DNA of 47,567 bases from Gammaproteobacteria bacterium (GTDB lineage Bacteria; Pseudomonadota; Gammaproteobacteria; UBA4575): NCBI GenBank assembly GCA_029253965.1, contig JAQWYM010000059.1, positions 1 to 47,567 on the forward strand, given 5' to 3'. A model generated the notes under the pieces. The model had not been told where the DNA came from and searched no databases. It was given only the letters and a program-made list of their open reading frames with translations. Numbering within the stretch: position 1 is the first letter of the stretch; the number at the start of each line of letters is the position of its first letter. This document shows, in pieces, positions 40,507 to 47,567 of this stretch. Made by a program: the position numbers and the translations under genes.

Positions 40507-40538
40507 GAAAAAAATCGTCTTATCCAATCAGTTTAAGC

Positions 40539-40554
40539 TGTAGAAAATGCTACA
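40539..40554. promoter_or_regulatory. palindromic upstream activator sequence for an enhancer-binding protein
   Basis: TGTAG-AAAATG-CTACA (TGT-N10-ACA form), about 90-105 bp upstream of the predicted start. Confidence 0.55.
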
Positions 40555-40654
40555 TATCAGCACAAATCATCTATGCTGCTACAGTATTTAGAAGATTAAG
40601 CTATGCACATTCCAGCCGCCATAAAGTAACAGCCAACACATTTATAAAACACCT

Positions 40655-41755
40655 ATGCCAAAGATTCGTTACCAACAAGACTTACAATCGGAAGAGTTCA
40701 ACCTCGATCCCGCTCAAATGATAGTAGTAGAGCATTTGCATGCGCTGGAGCAGGCCTTAATCAATCACCACGAAGGCAGTAACGGTATTGCTTCACGTGT
40801 CATGTCTCTATTCAGTAACAAGGAAAGCCCGAGCACAGCTGTTCGTGGCCTCTATATCTATGGCACGGTAGGCCGTGGTAAGACCTACCTCATGGATCTG
40901 TTTTATGACTGCTTACCCAGTGATAAAAAGATGCGCATGCATTTTCATCGATTCATGCATGAGATTCATCAGCGACTAAAAAACATCAAAAATGAAGAAG
41001 CTCCGCTGAAGTTAGTAGCTGCTCATTTTCGTAAACGTACACGTATACTTTGTTTGGATGAATTCTTTGTCGCCGATATTGCTGATGCCATGCTGCTATC
41101 TGGACTCTTGGCCGCTATGTTTGAGAGTGGCATTACCTTAGTCACCACCAGTAACTGCACGCCTGACGGACTCTATAAAGATGGTTTGCAACGCACGCGA
41201 TTTCTCCCTGCCATCGAATTGCTTAAACAAAACACCAATATCATCGAGCTCGGTGGTAGAACAGATCATCGCCTGCAGTTTTTACAGCAAGCAGACATTT
41301 ATCATTACCCATTAGATGCCAATGCTGAGCAGGTGATGTTAGAAAACTTCAATCATATTGCCCCTGATGCAGGTAAGGAAAACGAGGCACTAGAGATCGA
41401 AGATCGCCGAATTCAAAGTAAACGTAGTGCTGATGGTGTTGTCTGGTTTGAGTTTAATGACTTATGTAATGGACCTCGAAGTGCAGCAGACTACATTGAG
41501 ATTGCACGCTGCTTTAATACAGTATTAATTTCAAATCTCCCTGATTTAACCGACAATAATGATAGTGCCAGACGCTTTATCACAGCAATTGATGAATTCT
41601 ATGACCGTTCTGTGAAGTTGGTCATTTCAGCGCATGCAGAGGTAGACCAGCTCTACAGAGGCAAGAAACTTGCATTTGAGTTCCAACGAACCGTGAGTCG
41701 CTTAATCGAAATGAGATCCAAGGAATACTTAGCAAAAGAACATAAATCCCTGTGA
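40655..41755 (+). CDS. zapE: cell division ATPase ZapE (AFG1 family)
   Basis: GLYIYGTVGRGKTYLMDLF, RMHFHRFM, LCLDEFFVADIADAM, DGLQRTRFLPAI, FQRTVSRLIEM. Confidence 0.95.
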   Translation: MPKIRYQQDLQSEEFNLDPAQMIVVEHLHALEQALINHHEGSNGIASRVMSLFSNKESPSTAVRGLYIYGTVGRGKTYLMDLFYDCLPSDKKMRMHFHRFMHEIHQRLKNIKNEEAPLKLVAAHFRKRTRILCLDEFFVADIADAMLLSGLLAAMFESGITLVTTSNCTPDGLYKDGLQRTRFLPAIELLKQNTNIIELGGRTDHRLQFLQQADIYHYPLDANAEQVMLENFNHIAPDAGKENEALEIEDRRIQSKRSADGVVWFEFNDLCNGPRSAADYIEIARCFNTVLISNLPDLTDNNDSARRFITAIDEFYDRSVKLVISAHAEVDQLYRGKKLAFEFQRTVSRLIEMRSKEYLAKEHKSL

Positions 41756-41780
41756 CATAACATCACTAATTCGCTATGAT
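41752..41780 (+). promoter_or_regulatory. putative sigma-70 promoter of mdh
   Basis: GTGACA-N17-TATGAT, each box one mismatch from consensus, ending 28 bp before the ATG. Confidence 0.5.
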
Positions 41781-41808
41781 TAGTCTAGAATATTTACCTT
41801 AGAGAAGT

Positions 41809-42792
41809 ATGAAAAAACCAGTCACAGTTGCGATAACTGGCACCGCTGGCAACATCGGTTATGCCATCGCTTTTCGCATTGCCTCCGGCGGTCTATTTGG
41901 TCCAGAGCAACCCGTAAACTTACATTTGATTGAGATTGAGCCTGCTCTAGGGGCACTCGAGGGTGTCGTTATGGAGCTTCATGACTGCGCCTTCCCGACA
42001 TTAAATAATGTCGTTGCTACAGCAGATTTAGATACTGGCTTTGCAGATGCTGACTATGTCTTTTTGATTGGCTCAAGACCGCGTTCAAAAGGTATGGAGC
42101 GACAAGATTTGCTGCTTGCTAATGGTTCAATATTTAAGCCTCAGGGTGCAGCAATAGATAGAAGTGCAAGCAAGGATGTGCGTGTCTTAGTGGTCGGTAA
42201 TCCGGCTAACACTAATGCATTAATCACCTTACATAATGCACCAAATCTTGAGCCAACACAGGTCTCATCAATGATGCGCTTAGATCATAATCGCGCTATC
42301 AATAAGCTATCTAGACAGTTAGAAGCTAAACCCAATGTGATTAAGAACATCACTGTCTGGGGTAATCATTCGACAACTCAATTCCCAGATATACAACACT
42401 GTACTGTAGACGGTAAGGCAGCAGCCAGTCTAGTTGACCAAGACTGGTACCGCAGTGAATACATTTATAAGATACAACATCGTGGCGCGCAGATTATTGA
42501 AGCCCGTGGTGCCTCATCAGCAGCTTCAGCTGCCTCAGCCGCAATCGATCATATGCGTAACTGGGCCTTAGGCACAGATTCTTCAAGCTGGGTTAGCATG
42601 GGTGTCATGACTGATGGCAGTTACTACAATGTAGGCAAGGACTTGATCTTCTCATTCCCAGTTCATTGTAAGGATCACAGTTTTGAAATTGTTGCGGACC
42701 TAAGCTTAGATGACTACTCGATGAAGATGATTCACGCTTCAGAAAAAGAACTTATCAAAGAACGCGACATGGTGCTTGATCTCCTGCGCTGA
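41809..42792 (+). CDS. mdh: malate dehydrogenase (MDH type 2)
   Basis: VAITGTAGNIGYA, MELHDCAFP, PRSKGMER, VVGNPANTNA, RLDHNRA, WGNHSTTQFPD, ARGASSAASAA. Confidence 0.96.
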   Translation: MKKPVTVAITGTAGNIGYAIAFRIASGGLFGPEQPVNLHLIEIEPALGALEGVVMELHDCAFPTLNNVVATADLDTGFADADYVFLIGSRPRSKGMERQDLLLANGSIFKPQGAAIDRSASKDVRVLVVGNPANTNALITLHNAPNLEPTQVSSMMRLDHNRAINKLSRQLEAKPNVIKNITVWGNHSTTQFPDIQHCTVDGKAAASLVDQDWYRSEYIYKIQHRGAQIIEARGASSAASAASAAIDHMRNWALGTDSSSWVSMGVMTDGSYYNVGKDLIFSFPVHCKDHSFEIVADLSLDDYSMKMIHASEKELIKERDMVLDLLR

Positions 42793-42811
42793 TTGCCGGC
42801 AGCAATTAATC

Positions 42812-42853
42812 AAAAAAAAACGAGTAGACTCGATTAATTCGTCAACTCGTTTT
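42812..42853. terminator. probable bidirectional terminator between mdh and the hydrolase gene
   Basis: A9-CGAGT.GAC...GTC.ACTCG-TTTT inverted repeat between convergent stop codons. Confidence 0.65.
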
Positions 42854-42891
42854 CTCTAGCAGTCCATTAGCGTTTAGCGCAAAGCAACCGC

Positions 42892-43764
42892 TTATACTTT
42901 AGCAATCGTTACGCCAGCCCATTCTGTAACGAAGTCATTAATATATTCGGCAACCACATCAGGACGATCTTCCTGCACATAGTGACCTGCACGTTCAATC
43001 ACCTGAAAACGAACTGGACCGGCAATGGCTTTCTTTAAGCGAATGCCTGCCTCTACCGGCATCCATGCATCATGACGCGCCCAACAAACCATGGTAGGAC
43101 AGATTATTTTTGAGTGATCAACATTCATCGTCTCTTCATTTGTTGGTTCAGCACAGATTTTCACCAAACTTTTAAAGCCTAATAAATCTGGACCTCGCCC
43201 CCAAAACTGTAGATAATTTTGTTTCACATTCTTATCTGTGAAGGCCATTTTGTCATAGCTGCCGGTACGTAATAATCCAGGAAATGCAGCGGCTGCCTGT
43301 CCTAATCCCATCTGTAATGTTGCGTCATCAGCATCAACAAAGGCATTAAAGGCTTCAACTTCCAATACTGGCCAATAGTCGAATGTCACTGGGTTAATTA
43401 AAATTAATCGTGAAATATAGTCGCAGTATTTACTGGCGAAAATCTGGCAGGCACCACCACCATGATCATGTCCAACAAGGATGACTTTACCTTTTAAGTC
43501 GAGTGCATCAATAACACCACGAATAACTTCTGCTTGATTCGTTAAGGTATGTTTAAAGTCATCTAATGGCATATCTGATTGACCATAGCCAACCATATCC
43601 ATTGCCAAACAGGTATAGTCCTCTTTCAAATGTTCTTGCACATGTCGCCACAGACGCGCGTTGGTAGGAATACCATGCACCATCAGCAATGTTGTCTTAC
43701 CCGTACCCACTGCTTCTATATTAATAGTCAGTTCTTGTTGAGCAACTTTTATTAGCTGTTTCAT
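42892..43764 (-). CDS. alpha/beta hydrolase, Asp-nucleophile type (epoxide hydrolase/dehalogenase-like)
   Basis: HGIP oxyanion motif, DMVGYGQSD, GHDHGG nucleophile elbow, AGHYVQED; AAGGAGAGG RBS before ATG 43764. Confidence 0.85.
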   Translation of the reverse strand: MKQLIKVAQQELTINIEAVGTGKTTLLMVHGIPTNARLWRHVQEHLKEDYTCLAMDMVGYGQSDMPLDDFKHTLTNQAEVIRGVIDALDLKGKVILVGHDHGGGACQIFASKYCDYISRLILINPVTFDYWPVLEVEAFNAFVDADDATLQMGLGQAAAAFPGLLRTGSYDKMAFTDKNVKQNYLQFWGRGPDLLGFKSLVKICAEPTNEETMNVDHSKIICPTMVCWARHDAWMPVEAGIRLKKAIAGPVRFQVIERAGHYVQEDRPDVVAEYINDFVTEWAGVTIAKV

Positions 43765-43865
43765 TGTTATCCTCTCCTTGTAATTAATCATCTACTCTTT
43801 GTTAGATTGATTGAAAATTCCGTTCTGTATTAACCTCAAAATATTTTAAGACAAGCCTTTATACA

Positions 43866-44309
43866 TCAGTCAAAGCTATGACCACGGCGTAGCAAAAAGC
43901 TTAACCATTTAGATAAAAAACGATTGTCACGCCAACGATGCAGTAAGCGTTTATTTTCAAACTGCGTGCGGCTGTCACTGCCTTTTAGATTGGTTGGTAG
44001 CACCTCAGCCTGCATCGCGTCATGGTAGACACGAACTGTTAACTTCGGGTAATCAGCTGGCATACTGGTGTCATCTTTATTGAAACGATAACTTAAGATC
44101 AGTGTGTAGGTGTAGCGACTTCTCTCTGTAATCTGCATATGCAGGTCTAGATCAGCCGTTGAAACAGATAGATACTGGCCTACATTAGGGTTGATATTAT
44201 CGCATAACTTCCTGATTTTAATATAGTTACCCTCATAGACCTCCATCAAACCAGCGAATGTATTCGGCAATGGAGAGGGGATCATTGAGTTATCTAGAGC
44301 CTCACGCAT
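43866..44309 (-). CDS. DUF1249 (YqiB-like) protein
   Basis: LMEVYEGNY, RSRYT, VRVYHDAMQAEV, RWRDNRFLSKWLSFLLRRGHSF; start uncertain. Confidence 0.85.
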   Translation of the reverse strand: MREALDNSMIPSPLPNTFAGLMEVYEGNYIKIRKLCDNINPNVGQYLSVSTADLDLHMQITERSRYTYTLILSYRFNKDDTSMPADYPKLTVRVYHDAMQAEVLPTNLKGSDSRTQFENKRLLHRWRDNRFLSKWLSFLLRRGHSFD

Positions 44310-44760
44310 AAGTATTCCTAGTAGCATCTACCCTGGCTAACTCTTGCTTTTGTAGTGCCATACACTGTCGTAAAAAAGGGAGATATTCAGTCTCACTCAA
44401 GCTATTACTGCTGATTAATAAGCCCCAGCCTGATAAGCGAAAAAATTGATTGTCAGCAAGATGACGACGACCACGCAAAAGAATAATTCCAGCAAACAAG
44501 GGGCGAACAGATAAACTTTTAAGCTCTATAGTGCCACCCTGAGGCATGTAAACCGTGAAAGACTGCGGTCCTACCTGTAGCTTATTTAAAGGTTTAAGTT
44601 GCTGAAATATCTCGAGGATTGTAACCAGAGCCAGTAGCAATAAGAGGCCACATTTAACGCTCAGGCTGAAATCAAAATGAAGAATACAAAAGAGCATTAG
44701 TGCTAGATAAGCTAACAACAACAGCCTGAAATGACTTGAATGTTGTAAGCGGTAAAACAT
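44302..44760 (-). CDS. small membrane protein, YgfX-like by position
   Basis: Two N-terminal TM helices; directly after sdhE as in sdhE-ygfX operons; sequence divergent. Confidence 0.55.
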   Translation of the reverse strand: MFYRLQHSSHFRLLLLAYLALMLFCILHFDFSLSVKCGLLLLLALVTILEIFQQLKPLNKLQVGPQSFTVYMPQGGTIELKSLSVRPLFAGIILLRGRRHLADNQFFRLSGWGLLISSNSLSETEYLPFLRQCMALQKQELARVDATRNTYA

Positions 44761-44763
44761 GTA

Positions 44764-45009
44764 TCAGGGCTTAAGTTTAAGAACAATGGCTTCAATCATC
44801 GGGTCATCGAAGCTGGTATAGACAGTTAGAATATCGTACAAGATAGGATCTTGCAGAGTCAGCATATGTTCAAAGGCACGCTGCTCAGCTTCTGTAGCGT
44901 GGGGATAGAACGACTCTAAATATCGCGTCGTTAAAACATCAAGCTCTTTGGTGCCTCTGCGGCAACGCCAGCGTAGTTTTGCGAGTGCTGGCGTATTCTC
45001 AGTCGACAT
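44764..45009 (-). CDS. sdhE: succinate dehydrogenase flavinylation/assembly factor
   Basis: LRWRCRRGTKELD (RGxxE motif), QDPILYD. Confidence 0.93.
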   Translation of the reverse strand: MSTENTPALAKLRWRCRRGTKELDVLTTRYLESFYPHATEAEQRAFEHMLTLQDPILYDILTVYTSFDDPMIEAIVLKLKP

Positions 45010-45792
45010 TTAGTTTTTACGCTGAACGATTAATTTCTTGATTTCAGTAATCGCCTTTGCAGGATTCAAACCTTTCGGGCATGAATTAGTACAGTTCATA
45101 ATCGTATGACAACGGTATAATTTGAACGGATCTTCTAATTCGTCCAAACGCTCTCCAGTTGCTTCGTCACGACTGTCTGCAATCCAACGATACGCGCTTA
45201 ATAAAGCGGCTGGACCTAAGTAACGATCACTGTTCCACCAATAAGAGGGACAGCTGGTTGAACAACAGGCACACAGAATACACTCTTCTAAGCCTTCTAA
45301 TTGCTCACGATCTTCCTTTGATTGCAGGCGTTCACGATCTGGTGGTGGAGGTGTGTCTGATTGTATCCAAGGTTTTACTGATGCGTATTGCGCATAAAAG
45401 TTAGTCATATCAGGGACTAGATCTTTAATCACTTCCATGTGTGGTAGTGGGTAGACTTTTACATCACCTTTGACGTCAGAAATCGCTTTAATACAGGCTA
45501 ATGTATTACCGCCATCAATATTCATAGAACACGAACCACAAATCCCTTCACGACATGAACGTCTGAAAGTCAGTGTCGGATCAATCTCGCTCTTAATTTT
45601 AATCAGCGCGTCTAAGACCATTGGGCCACAGCTATCGAGGTCAAGATGATAGGTGTCAACACGTGGATTACTGCCACTGTCTGGGTCATAACGATAGATT
45701 TTGAAGCGCTTCACATTGGTCGCGCCGGCTGGGGCTGGAAAATCCTTGCCCTTTTTAACTATCGAGTTTGCTGGAAGATTAAACTGTGCCAT
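45010..45792 (-). CDS. sdhB: succinate dehydrogenase iron-sulfur subunit
   Basis: [46 protein letters not shown]. Confidence 0.98.
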   Translation of the reverse strand: MAQFNLPANSIVKKGKDFPAPAGATNVKRFKIYRYDPDSGSNPRVDTYHLDLDSCGPMVLDALIKIKSEIDPTLTFRRSCREGICGSCSMNIDGGNTLACIKAISDVKGDVKVYPLPHMEVIKDLVPDMTNFYAQYASVKPWIQSDTPPPPDRERLQSKEDREQLEGLEECILCACCSTSCPSYWWNSDRYLGPAALLSAYRWIADSRDEATGERLDELEDPFKLYRCHTIMNCTNSCPKGLNPAKAITEIKKLIVQRKN

Positions 45793-45820
45793 TCAATAAC
45801 TCCTTAATATCCTTGCGCGA

Positions 45821-47566
45821 CTAGTAAACGCGAGCTTTTGGTGGGAACACTTCAACTTCGTCACTCATGGTAGTCATGTGCACTGGGCGGTATTCCATTT
45901 TCACCTCACCAGTAGCTGAAACGTTAGCCAGTGAGTGCTTCATCCATTTCTCATCATCACGGTCTTGGAAGTCGTCACGTGCATGTGCACCTCGACTTTC
46001 TTCACGATTCAGTGCCGATGCCACTGTCGCAACCGCCTGTGGTAGTAGATTAGAAAGCTCTAGTGTTTCAATCAAATCTGTATTCCAGATCATTGATTTA
46101 TCTGCAACACTAACATTTGAGAAGTTAGCATTAAGTGCATTCACTTTATCCATACCTGTTCTCAAAGAGTCACCCGTACGGAAAACAGCGGCATGTGATT
46201 GCATAGTCTTCTGAAGCTCTAAGCGAATCTCAGCGGTGCTGGTATCACCACTAGCAAATCTAATACCGTCAAAACGATCTAGCACCTTATCGGTGACATG
46301 ATCAGGTAATGATCGATGTGTGGTGTCTGCTTTTACTAATTCGGTAGCTCGCTTCGCCGCGGCTCTACCAAATACGATCAAATCCAGCAGTGAGTTTGAA
46401 CCTAAACGGTTTGCACCATGAACTGAGACACAGGCTGCTTCTCCGATAGCCATCAAGCCGGGAACGACATGGTCTGGGTTACCATCAACCAAATTAACCA
46501 CTTCACCGTGGTAATTTGTTGGCACTCCACCCATGTTGTAATGCACCGTAGGAATGACCGGAATTGGGTCTTTATTCACATCAATGTCTGCAAAGATGCG
46601 CGCGCTCTCAGCAATACCTGGAAGACGCTCAGCAATGACATCAGCACCTAAGTGTTCTAGATGAAGATGAATATGATCACCCTCAGCACCAACACCCCGC
46701 CCTTCATTGATTTCCATTGTCATAGAGCGACTAACGACATCACGTGAAGCTAAGTCCTTTGCATTAGGCGCATAGCGCTCCATGAAGCGTTCGCCATTAG
46801 AATTAGTTAGATACCCACCCTCGCCTCGTGAGCCCTCAGTAATTAAACAGCCTGAGCCATAGATACCGGTAGGATGAAATTGGACAAACTCCATATCTTG
46901 TAGCGGTAGACCGGCGCGTAATGCCATAGCATTACCGTCACCGGTACAGGTATGTGCTGAGGTACATGAGAAATAAGTACGACCATAACCGCCTGTCGCC
47001 AGTAGTACTTCATGACCACGGAAGCGATGTAGTTTACCGGTGGCGAGATCAATCGCCATAACACCACAACAGCTGCCATCTTCGGCCATCAGTAAATCCA
47101 ATGCGAAATACTCAATAAAGAACTCAGCATTGTGTTTTAAAGACTGTTGATAGAGTGTGTGCAGGATGGCATGACCGGTGCGGTCAGCTGCAGCACAGGT
47201 ACGCTGTGCGATACCTTCACCATAATGAGTGGTCATTCCACCAAACGGGCGTTGGTAAATTTTACCATCATCAGTACGTGAGAAAGGAACACCGTAGTGT
47301 TCTAGCTCAACAATGGCAGGAACGGCTTCACGACACATGTACTCAATGGCATCTTGGTCACCTAACCAATCAGAACCTTTGACTGTGTCATACATATGCC
47401 AGCGCCAATCATCGTCACCCATGTTACCCAATGAGGCACTCATGCCACCCTGGGCGGCAACGGTGTGACTTCGCGTTGGGAAGACTTTAGTAATACATGC
47501 GGTAGATAGACCGCTCGCGGCCATACCTAGGGTCGCACGCAATCCAGCGCCACCGGCGCCGACCAC
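45821..47566 (-). CDS. sdhA: succinate dehydrogenase flavoprotein subunit (5'-truncated by window edge)
   Basis: [54 protein letters not shown]. Confidence 0.98.
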   Translation of the reverse strand: MVGAGGAGLRATLGMAASGLSTACITKVFPTRSHTVAAQGGMSASLGNMGDDDWRWHMYDTVKGSDWLGDQDAIEYMCREAVPAIVELEHYGVPFSRTDDGKIYQRPFGGMTTHYGEGIAQRTCAAADRTGHAILHTLYQQSLKHNAEFFIEYFALDLLMAEDGSCCGVMAIDLATGKLHRFRGHEVLLATGGYGRTYFSCTSAHTCTGDGNAMALRAGLPLQDMEFVQFHPTGIYGSGCLITEGSRGEGGYLTNSNGERFMERYAPNAKDLASRDVVSRSMTMEINEGRGVGAEGDHIHLHLEHLGADVIAERLPGIAESARIFADIDVNKDPIPVIPTVHYNMGGVPTNYHGEVVNLVDGNPDHVVPGLMAIGEAACVSVHGANRLGSNSLLDLIVFGRAAAKRATELVKADTTHRSLPDHVTDKVLDRFDGIRFASGDTSTAEIRLELQKTMQSHAAVFRTGDSLRTGMDKVNALNANFSNVSVADKSMIWNTDLIETLELSNLLPQAVATVASALNREESRGAHARDDFQDRDDEKWMKHSLANVSATGEVKMEYRPVHMTTMSDEVEVFPPKARVY

Positions 47567-47567
47567 T

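Noticed and set aside
41751-41767. TGTGA-N7-TCACT upstream of mdh, CRP-like
   Set aside because: Spacer is 7 nt rather than 6; it overlaps a better-fitting sigma-70 -35 box

Overview
Core-genome segment of a gammaproteobacterium, probably a sulfur oxidiser, with about 46 CDS and no rRNA, tRNA, CRISPR, transposase or phage genes that I can see. Order: trxB(partial)-GNAT/FemAB-like-aat; an AT-rich spacer with palindromes and a probable gene remnant; (-)alaC-hom-thrC; (-)surE-pcm-yqaA-nlpD; smr, moeA; (-)lolC/E-lolD, DUF2062, (-)comEC-exbB-exbD-ycaR-kdsB (no msbA/lpxK); agmatine deiminase and CN-hydrolase; (-)ccmABCDEFGHI-tupA, divergent from napC/nirT-fccA-fccB; mfd-csiV; (-)nagZ-mscS-hpt-mtnP; zapE, mdh; (-)sdhA(partial)-sdhB-sdhE-ygfX-like-DUF1249 and an alpha/beta hydrolase. 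The strongest unexplained signal is in the nagZ-zapE intergenic region. There a complete sigma-54 promoter layout (palindromic enhancer, IHF-like site, exact GG-N10-GC) points into a ~98-nt minus-strand non-coding unit with a 5' hairpin, an unpaired anti-Shine-Dalgarno/GU-rich seed and an intrinsic terminator, i.e. a candidate new sRNA. Its seed can pair over 13 nt with the RBS/start codon of the hydrolase gene about 3.4 kb away. Other oddities: a NapC-type tetrahaem cytochrome next to fccAB, an acidic insert in FccA, a CX3CX2CX3C insert in ThrC and an orphan tupA. All gene calls come from motif and family recognition by eye; no database searches were run.
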